A stretch of DNA of 64,000 bases from Takakia lepidozioides (lineage: Eukaryota; Plantae; Bryophyta): NCBI GenBank assembly GCA_030704615.1, contig CM060733.1:21700001-21764000 (forward strand). The letters run 5' to 3'. Position 1 is the first letter of the stretch; each line of letters starts with the position of its first letter. A program made the translations under genes and the position numbers. Shown here in pieces: positions 48,926 to 63,871 of this stretch. Below the pieces are notes generated by a model. It worked only from the letters and a program-made list of their open reading frames with translations, was not told the origin of the DNA and searched no databases.

Positions 48926-51900
48926 TCATAATTGTGCCATGGATTTACTGGTGACGTTGAAGACCTAGTTCTGGAGACCTGTTCTGGAGACCTACGTCTC
49001 CCACTAACGAAAACATCTTTGGGGGTGCTTCAACCAAGGTCAATGTCTGAAAGTCCAAAGGAGCAAATATTACTTACAACAAACTTCCCCCTTGTTTGGT
49101 CTCTATGGCTTTCTCGCAAGGTTATTTGTTCCTTGTCTTTGCATCAATAAATTACAAGGCCTTCTGTCTTAAAAGGAAAAAAACAATTTTTAAGAAATTG
49201 TTGTTACATAAAGATGTATACCTTTCCAGAGAGGTAGGTACCTACCATACCATATGTTTCAGCAGAACCTGTATTTTAAATGTAGGGTTTCAGCTTTGTG
49301 AAGAGGCAGCTTGAATTCCACTGCACATAATGCACTTGCCATCCTTCACGTATGCCATGACTACTTACTTAGGGATATCAACATTACTTATCAAAAGAAT
49401 CAGTGTTGGTAGATAGGCTGTCACGCAGGATGGGTCCAACTTTGATATTTTTTATTTTATGTTTTTCGCTCTTGAAGAGGGAACTAATTTCGGTCTTGAA
49501 TTCAGGCTTATTGGGTCCAGGTCAATAGTTGTCTGACTTCATGGTTAGCCCTGGTTTTCTTCTGTCTCTGTCTGGGCTCATCCTTCACCCTTCATGCTGT
49601 GTAATTTGCCTCATGGCTCCTCTTGTTTTATTTCTCCCCTTTAAAATAAAAAACTTGATGTTTTACAAAAACGATTTATTTGTTTCAAAAAATTAAAAAA
49701 TTAAAAAAATCCCGCATAGTAGAATAGACACAGGATCCCATGACGTGCGAACCGCTGTATTGTACACTAGAGACCTCCCTACCGTACCCTAAGTCTGTAC
49801 ACCTAAGCACGTACCTGTACCTATTTAATCCACAAAGTATATATACTTTGGGAGACGCGTACAATACAATACGGTCTAGCAGGTACATTGTCGTCGTAGT
49901 GCCGCAGCAGCTTCTAGATTCTCGTTCCACACATCTCGAGCTCAAATCTTCGTGCTGATGATATAGGTAGTTGCCTCATTACTATAGCGAAATCTGTGTT
50001 ATGTACAATGATGAGGTGACTTTCTGTCGGGAAAATCACATACATCCAGTCAAGCTGCCGATCTCATCACACCTAATATATATATACATGTATGGTCAAG
50101 TCTTCGATAACGTTCCGATCAATAAATCTTCACGGAGGACAAGTACGTACCGTAGAACAATCGGATGAAAGTTGGAAGATGAATGGATCAATCCGCAGTC
50201 AAACAGATCTGTTGAGGAAAAAAGCAAAGCGACGTGGGCAGAGCAGAGAGCGGGGCGTGGTAAAAGCAGTAAAGAGCAGCGCAGCATTTATCATTTATCC
50301 CATATCGTTTGGCCAGGGCGCCACGCCCAACGCACCCACTCCGCGCTGCCACGCTTGTCCGGTCGGCCCGACACCTGCCGGCCCACCGTCAGATCCAGTC
50401 GCCAACCTCCCATTGCCGGTTATTGCCAGTCATCACAGTCTCTCGTGCGACTGGCTATACCCGCCGCCGATCACCCCCTCTTGTAGGTAGATTGACCGTC
50501 CCTTCCCGGCGAAAATCATATTTCCAGAAATATGAAATAATACGTAAAATACAAAATGTAAAATGGTGGACTCACTTCGCCTAGGGACGACCGTGCATTG
50601 AAAGTTCGATATTATTCTCGGTTGAATGATGGGTATTAATGCCCAAACATTCAGTCAAGGACGAGAATGGCCATGTGACCCAACGCACTTACTATTCCTC
50701 GTTTTATTTTCTACTTTTTCAACCACCAATTTGTATTTAATAAAATTTTATGTGAATTTCTGCATATACTTTGTTTTTGCAATTTTGTTTTATTTCCTGA
50801 GCAGATTTTGGTACTTGTGGAAATTAGTGGGAGGGAGTAAGTGGGAAGTAATGAAGGAGAGGGAAGTAGGCAAACCGTTACGTAGAATAAACATAGAAAA
50901 TGCATTGGATTATGGTACACGGTACTGTGCCTTTACGAAGCTCGCCTGGCTTGTATGTGTAATGCGGAGCGTTGGGAAGTGTGCAGAGAATGGGGGCTAT
51001 AAAGGGGCCGCCAAAACCGTCATTTTTCGATATCTGACCGACCGCCATTTGAATTGGGCGCCTGTGGTTTAAGGATTTAGCGGCGCGGCTAATGGGGGGA
51101 AGTACGACCATTTATCCGCGCTCTATTGAATTCGATTTATCCCATATCGTTTGCACTTAACAATCGTCTGACTGGCAGTTGCCGGTTCCGGACACGGTCA
51201 GAGCCAGTACTTCCACTGTACATGACTCCGAATCTCATGTACCCGGGATTCGAACCATGTATCCGATGCTCGAGGCACATGCGGGAGAGCGAAGCGGGGA
51301 TCGATCCACACGTGGTGCGTAAAGTGGAGTAAAGCGGCGGCAGGCCTACATTAGTGCAGCGCCTGCCTCGCCTCTGCTGCTCTCTGCCATCCCTGCCGAG
51401 CTTGCTTGCTATTCCACACATAATAATCCGGAAGGGTCCCGGGTTGATTCAGCAATTTGTGAATCTGTTCAAGGATTAGCGCAGTAATTTGTGGATGCCC
51501 AGAAGGCGGATGAAAGCACAAGCCTGCCCATTGATGCCGCCTAGAAACTCTCTTTTACGGAGAGCTTTGCGTGCAAGTTGACCTTGATTGAATTGGTTGG
51601 GGTGATGCCTTGGTGACGACATGTTTCTGTGTGCAGAATGAAGTTCTGCACCCCACCCAGTGTGTGTCTGGGACTCGGGAGTGCTTCAAAATAGGGAAGA
51701 CTGGTGGTGGGGCACAGCTATAAACAGCGGAATATGATATAAGAACCTCGTTCCTTTAGGGGGTTGAGGAATGCAATGGAAGAACCCCAGTTGTTGGTTT
51801 TGTATATAGGAGCGGTAAGTTATGGGTAGTTGGAGGAGGATTATTTAGCGCGCATCAGCCGAAAAGTCAGAGAGTAAGTGACTAGCTGCGCCATCATGAC

Positions 51901-52674
51901 TGCTCGGCAGAAAGCTCGCTCTCGTGCCTGCAACTTTGTCGACGTCTCTTTCGGCAGTTCCACACTTGTCTTAGGTACTTGGGTGACAGCAGGAGCTTTG
52001 CACTTGGTTGTAGTTAAGTCTGCTCTGCCTGAGCTAATGCATTTTTTGGTAGCTAGTAGCTAAAGGGTTGGGCTAGTGCTAGCGTGTGGCAAAGCAGAGA
52101 ATGGACAGGAGAGGAGACGTGTGGGTGTGAGTAAAGTGCTCGTGGGAGCAGGAAAGGGACCTTGAGAGCGGGCCGATGTGGGTTGTTTAGCAGAGAAGGG
52201 GGAGTAGATCCCAAACTCTGTGCGAAGCGGGGTCAGTCTAGCTTCCGAGGTGAAGGTGGGTCGTATGGAAATGTTGCAATGATTTTTCATTCCACGATCA
52301 GGCCCCGTGAGCTGGATCTTCTGGGACTGAGGCCTTTGCAATGCAAGGATCGGACAATCTGGCCAGGGTTATGTTGTAGGCCTTGAGACGTCTGTCAAGG
52401 TGATTTAGAGGTCTTCAAATCTAGACAGTCCACAGGTGACGAGTGGCTATGGCAAACTCAATACATCCTGAGAGTTTAGTAGTTGACATTAAGTGGGCCT
52501 CGACCGATTGCGACAAGCTCAACTTTCTCTAAGCACAAATTGCTAGCCGGTTCTGTGTCTGCTGCTGAAATACCTCTGCACCAAAAATTCAATTATCTTG
52601 TCACACAGGGAATTGACATCCGGGCGAGACTTGAATTATAGACACATTCGCTATTACTACAACATTATGCGGAG

Positions 52675-55600
52675 ATGACCGTCGCACTCTCGTCTCCTGT
52701 TTGTCCTCTCATGCATTGCCAGGATGACATCGAAGCGAAGGGGGCGGCAGATGGCAAGGTCAGCGTTGAAGCGTTCGAGGAGCTTGTGCCATATTCGCCA
52801 AGAGAGAAGGACGACGATGTGGTAATGGTCATGAATCCCTCGTACTACTCGGAAGACTTCAAAGAGCTGCCGAAGGTTGGCGGTCCCAACTCTTTCATCG
52901 GACCTGCTCTCAAGCGCAACATACGTGCTTGGTATGTTGATTTACTCAAGCTCACGGAGGTCCGCGTAATGATACCCATTGTTCACACATCTTACTCTTG
53001 AGAATAGCAATCAATCAAGTCCTGCTTTTTGGTGTGTTCAGGTGGTGAGGTAAATGAATGTCAGAATCTTAAGTTTCGAGTTTTTTGTCAGGTGCGAGGC
53101 AACAGGGCTGCCCACTTCCATCACCATTCATTTCAAGGATCGCAGTTTTCAACTCCATAAGGTACGCGCATCATCTGGTTCAGTCATTTTAAGCGGGCCC
53201 TGCCCGGGTCATTATCATATCAGTGCCATTTTTTTCCAAGGTATCGATGATTTAACGAGCTAGCAGTTCTACTTGGGAGCGTGTCCAAGGTTGAAGTAGT
53301 CAGCTTCTCTCATAGTCTCGGCAGCCTTTGTAAGAGCTAGTCTTCGGGTTATGTATTGTGTACGACTGGCAAGGGTAAATTATTCCTTCTGCAGATATAA
53401 GCATCATATCTCGAAAACTAAGCCTCCCTACAGTGTACTGCGGATCCACGTCTTACCTTATCACCCCCAGGAATTGTCCCCGCCTCAACTGCTCCACTGC
53501 AGAGCATTCCATGCGTTTGAGGTCTCTTGTGCTGTCATTTTTCTCTACTGGGTAAGAAGTATTGTCGGAAAGCATTCGCCATATCGTCAATGAAATTTAG
53601 AATGTCAGGTTTGTATACATCTACACCACCAAGTCTTAATATTTTCGTGGTGGCAGTTTCCGTTGGTGTCAAGAAGTGGGTATCTGAAGCGCCTGCTGAT
53701 GGAGTCAAAGGAGGCCAAACTTCCTAGCGACTGCCCTGGTGGGCCTGAAATATTTGAACTGGTTGCGAATTTCTGCTATGGCTCAACTATCCTGATGGAG
53801 CCTTCGAATGTAGCGGCATTACGTTGTGCCGCCGACTACTTACAGATGTCAGAGGATTACGGCAGGGCCAATTTGTGCGAGCGCAGCGATCTCTACCTGA
53901 CACAGGTAACTTCTGCATGCAGTTGGTGGTCGTAAGTGATACTTCGTGCTGCTGAAGTGAGTTTGGTTTGACCTAACTGAAGCTCGGAGTTTGTGAATGA
54001 AGAGGTTTAGTACAGTTTGTGGATGAATAATGGCATCTCACTCATGCTGACAGGTTGCACTGCAAAGTTGGGAAGATACTGTAGTTGTTCTCCAGCATTG
54101 CGAGACGTTGGCTCCACTTGCCGAGCAGCTTCACATAGTGAGCCGCTGCATTGAGTCTCTAGCTTTCATGGCCTGCATGGAACTGCTTGACCCCAATGAA
54201 AGGAAAACCAGGCCTGGCATGTCAGTAGAGAGCCAATTCTGGAGTGACTTTAGTGCAAGCACCCGCGATTCGTCCTCGCGCGACTGGTGGGTCCAGGATC
54301 TGGTACACCTGCCCTCCCATCTCTTCGGCCGCATGATCGTTGCGATTCGAAGGCAAGGAATGCAAGAGAAGTATGTGGGTCAGGTTATTATGCAGTTTGC
54401 CGAACGCTGGATATTCGGGATAGAGAGCGACACCCCTTTCATTTCCAAAGTGCAGTTTAAAACCCGGGTTCCAGAATTTCATTTCAAGCCCAACCAGTGT
54501 GGGCTTGTGGAAGCTGTGGTGAAGCTGCTCCCCATGGAAAGAAATGTAGTACCCACCAGCTTTCTTTTTGCACTTCTGCGGTGTTCCTTGGCCTCCAATG
54601 CCAACGAAGAGTGCAGGTACTGTAGCACATGTGTTTTATATACTACTAATAGCTATTTGGCCTGTGTGCGCACATGTTTACTTGAACGTCAGTGAAATTT
54701 GCAAGCTCAAACATCCTAGTATTATGATGAGTAAAGATTCTGTCTGAGGCCACCTATTCTGGGCTGCAGTTTCTTTGGCTTGATTGTAAGTTGGCACCTT
54801 CTATGCTGGTCCATAAAGATTGTGCTGGCACTCTTGCACTACTCGTACAAGTTATGCACTAATTCAGGTTATTTGAGTTGATCTGTCAATATTTATGTGA
54901 AACAACTGCATGGATGCCTAAATCGATACTATGGTTTAATTGATTCCACCAATCTGTGGCAACTTCATAAATTTTCCAGGGCCATGTCTCCTGCTCAACC
55001 TGGTAACCTGGTTTTACCATAGAGGCCCTTTGCAATATAATTCTTCAAGGTAGTATTGTTTTTCGTGTAGTTCTTGTTGTCTCATTTGGCTGAAGCTAAA
55101 TTTGGCAGGTTGCAGCTGGAGACTCGAGTCTCCTTGCAGCTGGAACATGCCACACTCAACGATCTTCTCCTACCAAGCAGAGCTGAGAAGGAGGGCTGCT
55201 GCATTTTGACACCAGAGCTAGATTGCATGGAACGCATTGTGACTCGCTTCGTGTCACGACAAAGAGTGTTCAGTGATTCTGGGGCCATGTCACATTCGAT
55301 GGGAGACCCAGTCTCTGAATTTACTCACTGTCTGCAGGTGGTGTCAGCATTTTCAAAGATCTGGGATGAATACCTATCTGAGATTGCCTGTGATTCTAGT
55401 CTAACCCCAATCAGGTTTGCAGATCTAGCTGAAAAGATTCCAGGTTATGCCCGACTGACTCATGACCATTTGTATAAAGCAATCCACACCTATCTTAAGG
55501 TAATTCCTCTGTACCGTGCTAGGTCTAAGCTGGTTACTCCATATCTGTCTTCTCCGAACATTGATGTTATGGCATGAGTAATGATTGTGCATGGGATATG

Positions 55601-56639
55601 ACATCTAATTCTCAAGTAAATCTGTCTGCAGGTGCACCCTGATGCCTCCTCAGAGGAACGGTTATTTTTGTGCCGTAGCTTGAACTGCCAGAAGCTCTCA
55701 CAGGAAGCTTGTACCCATGCCGTCCAGAATGATCTGATGCCACTCCGAATGATTGTGCAAGCAATGTTCATGCAGCAGCTGCAAACCCGCACTGCCCTGA
55801 ACTCTCACCTGGAGTCCACAGGCCAATCTCTCCGTTTTGATGCACTCCGAGCCCTGGCCACACCTGCTTGCTATCGGGCCAATGCAACAGAACACCTGAG
55901 TCAGCATTGTGAATCATTCCAGTCGAGGGATTCTTTCAGATCGATTGAGTCTTTAAGAACTAAAGATATGGTGGATGAGGATGGAATGCCTCTTGGTTAC
56001 ACGATGAAGAGGGATGCCGCATATCGGCAGGCTTCCAACCTGAAGGCAGACTACCAGGCAACTGAGAGCAGGTTGCGGACTTTGGAAGCGGAGCTGGGAA
56101 GAATGCGAAGGGTTCTGGAAGATACTATGGTGGACGAGGGTGCAACCCATGAAGTCAATCAGGATCGGACTTCCATTAATGGTTCGGGTTTAGTTTCGCC
56201 GGCCCAGGTTCTTGTTCATAGGTTTGTAGACAGTCGAGATAGGCAACCGAGGGGTGGTGGTGGGTGTATGGGACAGGTCCCTCCACTGCCTACAGTGCCT
56301 GAGGAGTGCAGCAAAAAGGGAGGCGCCAGTGGCTGCATCAGCCAGCTAAAGCAAGCTAACAGGAGTAGTAGCTTGTTTGCCAAAGCACTCCAGAGATTGA
56401 AATTTGGAAGCTTTCGTAAAGGACGGAATGGTACAAATTCCCAAAGCGCTGTTGCTACTGCCTCAGGGCCAAAAGTGGATGCCCCGGCTGCTGTATCTTG
56501 GTGGCCTGTGGATGATAAAAGTGCTAGCATGCGATATGCTGGCCCCGATGATTACATCTCCAGAACTGACTCAATGCCCAGGCCTGCAGGGCCTGGCAGG
56601 GTTAGGCATCACCATTCAAGGCATAATTCAGTAGATTAA
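52675..56639 (+). CDS. BTB/POZ-NPH3 domain protein (NPH3/RPT2-like, NRL family)
   Basis: Exons 52675-52931, 53092-53161 (FQLHK), 53657-53905 (FPLVSRSG..PGGPEIFELVANFCYG), 54054-54616 (DWWVQDL), 55109-55499 (QLEHATLNDLLLP..HDHLYKAIHTYLK), 55632-56639 (LNCQKLSQEACTHAVQN..PLRMIVQ, coiled coil, RHNSVD end). Confidence 0.93.
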
Positions 56640-57594
56640 TGCTGTCAACATTGCTCAGAGGTGGAGGTGGTCACAGTGTCTCAACGAGGAGATTGTTCAT
56701 GTAATGCAGGGTTCTCAAGGCTTGTTGTCTTGATTTCCTGGCAAAGATTCCATCTTGAATCCACTCCAGCAACTAGTTGCAGAATCTAGCTTTTCATATT
56801 ATTGTGTCATTTCCTGCTGTAAGGTATGTCCTATAATCTTTGAAGCTATGTATGGATGAGAATCGTAGGGAAGACAGTATGGACAAGTTCAATTTGTGTA
56901 TATATGCACACACATGCTGAAAGCAGGCTAGGATGATGAGCGATATGGTGGCGTCCACCTTCAATGTTCATATCGTATTATGTTGGTACGAGTACATCCT
57001 CTAGTACTTTCTTGACCTGCATTCCTTTGACATACCTCATACCTCCCTTCATTTCTTGGGTGCGATTTTGATCTAATTTACCCATGCAGATAAAGATGAA
57101 GTGTCATTTTACCCTTGCCTGTCTAGAAGAGCACCAAACTCTACAGTCTGCAATGGTACTCCCAGATAGGTTCGTGTTGCTGCAAGATAACGCGAGCCTT
57201 AACTTGGCTAAACTTGTACTTACCTGCTGATACACGAGATCAGTGTTGTGTACATTTCTTCTCTGTTTCCAAATTTTATTTATGTATTCTCTAACAAATC
57301 TGCTACAGTTTAGTTCGAAGTATGTTACCAAGTGATTATGGGAAGCTTGAACTCAAATCTATTCCCGTTCCTGCGTGCAGACCTCATGATTCTCTGCACT
57401 CTTCAGCTCTTACCGGACATCCTGCTGATTAAGGATACGATTCGACAGGTCCCCCCGAGTGTCAGATGGTTGGCTACCCATTGTAACCCGTGGCATTGTT
57501 TATGACGTGAGATTGTGGTTCTAGACACCCAGAAAGGACCGATATGGTTTGGAGGAGTAATTTTGGACCCTGGCCCAAATATGGAAACAACCAA

Positions 57595-57700
57595 GTTGTA
57601 GCCCAGTGCTTAAGGACGCATACCACCTTGGAAGTAGTTGTGGGTTCAATCCACGGATTGGTGTCACTAAGGTGTCCACCGACACCATAATTTACGCTTC
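57595..57700 (+). mobile_element. Second tRNA-derived SINE-like head
   Basis: A-box-like TAGCCCAGTGCTTAAGG (57599) and B-box GGTTCAATCC (57643). Confidence 0.4.
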
Positions 57701-60700
57701 TTTTAGGAAGCGACTATACATGTAAATGAAATATAATTCTCTCATTGAATGATTGTGATCGTCAGTCAGACTTAGTATGAATGTGGAGGAAGGTGATAAA
57801 CCCAATTTTAAGTTTCTTGGTCTTGGTCCCAAGGCCTTTGTGCTTTGGCCTTTGGATAGTAATATTTTAGTTGGCATCTAGGGACCAACATCTGGACGTC
57901 CAGATGTTTTTTGGCCCTAAAGAACATACACCTAAATTCTGATGAATCTTGACTTGCCATCAAGCACCATTGCGGTAGCGATTTGTTTTTGTAATTTGGA
58001 AAACAGCACAAGTGGTTACTCAGTTTTGTATATTCTGTTCATCCATTTGGATAATCATCCTCATCTGTACTTTCATCCATTGATATCATCCATATCTGAC
58101 CAATTCATCCATACCTTAACTTTTATTTGGAGAAGTTTGGTGATTTCATCCATGAAAGAATAGGAAATTTGTGAACAAATACTCTAGTTTATTTCTTGAG
58201 GTTGAAATTTGGCGAAATTTGCAAAATGTTGCACTGCCGCACTGAGCAAGGCATATATCCACCCCATAGAGCATCCCCACCCCCACACTGAACCGAGCAC
58301 GCCAACGGAACTTTCAGGATATGTGGACGGAAGACGTCCACACCCTTGCACTGAACCCCATATCCCACAAATACCCTATATCCCACAAATATTGTTCCGT
58401 GCCCCCAACCCGAGCTCCATAAGTCAGGGCCCGAACACACCCCTGAATCCAAGTCAACATGACCAAGGGCGTACGTGTCAGCTTCTCGGCAGAGACCACG
58501 CCCTTTCCTACCAATGGGAGGCGAGGTGTGCGGGGATAGCGTGGGCCATTTGGGGGCAAGGGTGTGCGCGAGTCTGGGGGCTGCCTCGCCACAGCACCCA
58601 ACAGGCCCTGAATCGATCACGTAACTTTGGTGTTACAGGGAGCATATCGAAGCACGAAGGTAAATAGTATGTGGGCCCACGGGGCAACCCTCATATCCAT
58701 AGTAGAGTAATGGGACGAGGCTCAGATGCAGATCAGTGACCATGGCCCCACCCCCCCCCCTCTGTCAGTACGTGGGGGAAATGCCGCACTCCAAGTGTGC
58801 TGTAGATAGTGTGGGAGTTGGACGAAATCTGGAATCTGGTGAGGAGCACTCTTTGAAGTGCGAGTGACTAAGGACACGCAATCCCGTCTGAAATTGGCGG
58901 CCACGCTATATTGACGTTAGAGCATCACGCCGGGGTCCCTACAACGGCAAAGGAGTCCCCTGCCTTGGTATCCACACACCCCCGGCCGTATTTTCGTGCA
59001 GCCCTCTAGGCTCGAAGGTACCTGCTGGAGCGACTAAAAAACGTGACTGCTTGCATTTATGGCGTGAGGGTAAGGCGGCGGCTCTCCAGGTGGTCCCTCT
59101 CCGGAGCAAGGCACGTCAGCCAAAAAGACATGTGCTGGGTAGTTTGATGGGGTTGCCGCTGGGGGAGGGGAGTGTTGGAGGCCACAGCAGGTTACTGTTG
59201 CAGTGTTGTTTGGTGTACCCCCAGTGGAGATGCTCTTCCAGTGCCAAAACACCCTACTGCTGGTCACATGCTCTTATGGACTTGGTATCCCCCAAGCATA
59301 GCCCGGCTACAGGCTGTACGCTAAAAGCAGGTGTGGCGTATTTCGCCATTTTTTCGACTGATTCTCAGGCCGAATCGGCCACCCAGAGCGTACTGCCGAT
59401 TCGGATGGCCGATTATGCACGGAGGACGGCAGAGGTAACCAGGAGTTGACACGTAAGAAGATAGCGTGAAAAGCTCGGTTATGAAAGATGTTAGTTTCTC
59501 CTTTGTTCGCGGTGGGAGGGGGATATCGTTTCCCACTTTGGAAAAGGAAAAAAGGAAAAAAGGAAAAAAGTGCTGGGTTGATGAAAAGGCAAAACCAGTG
59601 AAGTGTACACAGTTGGGAAGTCTGTACGTTCGCAGATATTCGCACTCGAGAGAATGAACGTCGGGCGGGGAAGCACGTACAGTTCCTACGTTCCTATCCT
59701 CATCCCCACAACCCATCTTCAAATTTCAGTGAAGCGATTTAGTGGAGCAATGGTTTGCGGTTGGTGGGGAAGAAAGCAGGAGTTGCATGAAGAGATAACT
59801 TATGTGTGGAAAGCTGCAGCTGCAGACGTGGTGTGTGTCTGCCTGCCTGTCCCACCACACAAGTTTGTGGGCCGAGGGACAGTAGCGCTTTGGAGGGACT
59901 TGCGGCCGCGCTTGAGATGCAACCGACCGCCGCGTGTGGGCCACTGTGGCCTGCAGCCTTGCTCCAATCTATAGATTATAGTAGAGGCAAATATTCTGGA
60001 ATAGGGACAAGTGCGTCGGAAATGTAATTTCGAGCAGAAAATTTAACCTTCAATACAGAGAGCATGACATAATGGAAAGACAAGTGTGCATAAAACCGTT
60101 ATATCAACAGCTCGTATACCAGTTACATCGTTACATCATCCTGCTAAGAAGGCTATGATGAGGACCAATACTTCTAAGAAAGAGAAAAGGAGTGATGTAC
60201 AGCAGGACCTGAAACATATGTGGATCCCATGCCCATGGCCCCTTAGCAATGCCACTGTTGCATCCACTGCCCACCTTGCCACCAACTAATGGACCTTCCC
60301 TCTCCTCCTGTCCTTTGATCATGCTCCCTACTCCCTTCCTTCTATCCTTGGATCCTCCTCCTTAGTCGACCCTCCATCGCGCTATAGCTTGCCAAAATGA
60401 CCTCGCCACATCTCTAGAACCTCCTCCATTCTAAAACCTTCCCTAGCGTTCCTTGGCATGGATTGCATGTGGCCCACATGCAATTGTCACTTCCACATGG
60501 CATGCAGTAGCCATGTGGGGCCCGCATGCTATAACCACCCTTCTTGGGACAGCTTGCTTGATGTCCATTTCTCTTTGCTTAATTTGTTTTTTGAACGATT
60601 GGGGTACTAATTTTCCCTTAAAGTGAAAGAAGGCGTCAATCTCCACCACCACCATAGTTGGCTGGCTTTGTCAAACCCCTTTATGAACAGAGGATATCAA

Positions 60701-61576
60701 GAGATATACTGTACTTGAACACCACCAGTAACGCACACAATACTAAGTCTTGTCAGGATCAGGTACAGAGTGTGGCATTCCACTGCAGTAGTATGTGCCA
60801 TCCCCGAGATGACAAGGACGTGAGCTTACCTCTTGCTACGCATGCTGGCCAAAACTATTGAGCACTGCCACCTGCCATTCTACGTGATCTCCAAGTACAA
60901 GCCACAGAAATTTGACATGCATCCAAGAAGAATGAGGCACAAACTGTGAAGTCTTAAGTCCCTGCATTGCATCCAGCATACCCTCCAGTGGCCATCATCA
61001 ATGAGTGGGTCATTATCAAGCTCAATTAGCACTTGCTCAAAGAATCAGACTTCTGAAATCAGGGACAATTCACACACTTACTCTGACAGGTCCAGGGAGC
61101 CATAGCGGTCAGTTTCTGAGTTTGTATTTGAACCAAGTAATGCATCATACAATTCTGTCAATGTGGTTGCTGCTTGTAGTGCAGCTGCAATAAATCTGTC
61201 ATGACTAATGTTACAGAACCCACCCTCAAAAACAGTAAGTACCCGTATTGGGTGAACAGAGAGGGTCTCAGTTATAGGGGCTTTGACCTGCATCATCGGC
61301 TTGTTTCTCTTTGCTAATGTTACAACCATTCTCAGGTGAGAAGTTCTACTTCCCTAACATCAATGCTTGTCTATGCACAGGCGAAAAATATCATGTCTAA
61401 AAACTGCCTGCAACCAAGCCTAGCTACCCACTCTCAAAGTGCCCACCAAAATTTACAGCAGAAAGTTTTTCAAAAGCAGCTCAAAGAAATGCAATCTTTG
61501 TTTGCAAGCAGAAGTTGTCTCGGTGCTGCTTCAAAAATAGATTGGTAGTCTTCATGTGGATGCGCTCAAGTGAGTG

Positions 61577-63871
61577 TTACCATGTCTGCTTGATTTGGGC
61601 AATGACATTTAGCAAGGCCCTGGTAGCAAGAGGCTTGGTGAGGTAAAAGTCCATTCCAGCTTCAATGCATTTGCTCTCATCTTTTGCCATGGCATGTGCA
61701 GTCAGTGCAATGACAGGGGTGTGCCACCCCAGGTGCCGTTCCTGCTCCCGGATCAGTTGAGTGGCTCCATATCCATCCAGCCTAGGCATCTGCATCCACA
61801 GTACACAATACAATGCCTTCAGCATCAGACAAATGTTCTTCCAGTCCTGTAATGCTTGACTTCTAGACTGCCACTGTCTCCAATACCCTCAAACTTGTAG
61901 GCTCACTTGCATCAACGTTAAATTGCATGTAGTTGAAGAATAGAAGGTGATTAGTCAGCTTTTTGGATGTCCTTGAGATGAGAGAGAGGTTACACAAACT
62001 CAGAAAGTGCGTTGGGAGAGAGAGGCACCTGACAATCCATGAGCACCAAGTCAAAAGGCTGTGACTTCACTGTTCCGGCGTAATCTTCCTCAGGAATATC
62101 ACCACTGGTTGATGCTGATGCTGACAAGACTGGCTGAGGTAGGTTAGACAGGATGAGCCGTGCAGCATCAGCACCATTGTCAACACATACCACACTAGCA
62201 CCCAGTCGAAGGAGCATGGTTTTCGTAAGCTTCTGAAGCACATGGTTGTCTTCGGCCACTAATATATGCATGCCTGCAAGCGAATCTGGTGGACCCATTA
62301 TCTCACTCTCTCTTGAGCTTCTCTTGAGGGGGACTGAGGTTGTGCTGCTTTGTGGGATGGCTCCGAGACTCAAGGCGCGCATAGGAGCTTTCTCTAAAGC
62401 CTCTGCCTCTGCATGTGATGGGTCCTCTTGATCCCTCTGTAGGTCATTTAAATCAATCTCCTTACTGCATTCCTGTTCTGCTCTTCCATCCAAGGTTGAC
62501 CTTACATTTGCCGGACTGTTTGAGACAAAAGGGAGAGTATCTCCCTTGATGTCTGTCTCTGAAATTTGTGTCTCCAATCTTGTATCTACTTCTGACGACG
62601 TTGTTGATGAGAGACGTTGCCAGGGGTATGCCATGCTTTCCTTGAGATCCAACATTGAGACTCTGCCTGTGCTTCTGGACATGTCTTTGCTGTCGAGTAA
62701 AATCTCCACCTGCATCGAAGTAGGGACAAGGCTTAACCTAGCTTGATCAACTCATGCTATCTACAAGACTTGACAAAGGTTTCTGCTTTTTGATGCATTA
62801 TTGTTGGTCTCCCTTGCATATATAGAGACCAAACATAAAAAAGACAACAGAACTTTGTCCGCAGAAGGCCCAGAGGACCCACTGGACAGAGAGCAGTAGG
62901 AATGAGTTTGAAATGAACGTTAGTACCACGATTATAGAGAGAAGACTCTGGCCAAAGACAGCATTAATAAGAGCCTCTTTCCCTTGCAGGGACTTACCCC
63001 TGTCGGGGTTGGGGCTCTGTTCAGTATTTGTTTTAAGACATGCAAATCTCACCAAGCAGCTGCCTACACGAACTGTGGAATTCACTTCCGAGGCCAAGAC
63101 CTGAGCCTCTAAAGCAACCTTGATGTGTCTTGAATCAACAGGCCAGAAAAGTAGCAGTCGATTATTGAGCCTCAGTGGATGCATTTCAACTTTGTATTGC
63201 AACATACTTCATCAACTCAAATGGTCCAAAGAAGAAAACATGTGACGCATCGCTACCTATGTTTGAAGTAGAAACAGACATGAAGGTGCATGCAGAGGTA
63301 GAGCCTTGAAGGATTGAGGAACAACTTCATCAAGAAAGTGTACCTGTTCCCACAGGGTCCGAAGCCGCGAGCTATGAAGAGGCTTATGCAGAACAAGATC
63401 GCAGGGGACTGCTCCTTTCTTCCTCTTGAGACCAAGAAGGGACGCACCTGGGGTGTTGGCCGTGATAAGCCACACCACCTTCACTAATGCTGATTGGTCA
63501 GAATGATCTGCCAACCCCCCTTGCAAATCCAGGAACAGTTCCTCCATAGAATCAGGGGCCATAGCCAAGTCGATCAGTACTAGGAGACGAGACTGCCCTG
63601 CATTAGGGCTGGTTTTCTTTGAAGAATTGATCGGGACATCACTAGCAAGTTCTTGGAGTGATGGTGTAGACACAAAACTGATTCTGCTAGCACCCGCTCC
63701 CCTGTGCCACTGGGTGGCATCCAAGCCCTCAGCCCATGACACAGAAGGGCCCCCTTGTACGGCTTTGACAAGTCTGTCTGGTGATGGGGCATAGTTCCCA
63801 CTAACGAAGACCTTCTGCTTTATCTTATCAAACATGGGAAGAAAGTCCTCCCAGTGGCTTACTGACCATAC
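61577..63871 (-). CDS. 3' exons of a hybrid histidine kinase (AHK1/CKI1-like) with receiver domain; gene continues beyond the window
   Basis: Exons 63871-63344, 62709-62029, 61789-61577. ILVAEDN..FDLVLMDCQ|MPRLDGYGAT..PVIALTAHAM..KCIEAGMDFYLTKP retains the phospho-acceptor Asp and the KP motif. Confidence 0.9.

Noticed and set aside
57100-59700. LINE tail (FVREYINKIWKQR) and an LTR-like end GGGTCCCTACA at 58943
   Set aside because: Both are too short and degenerate to define boundaries or family by eye.
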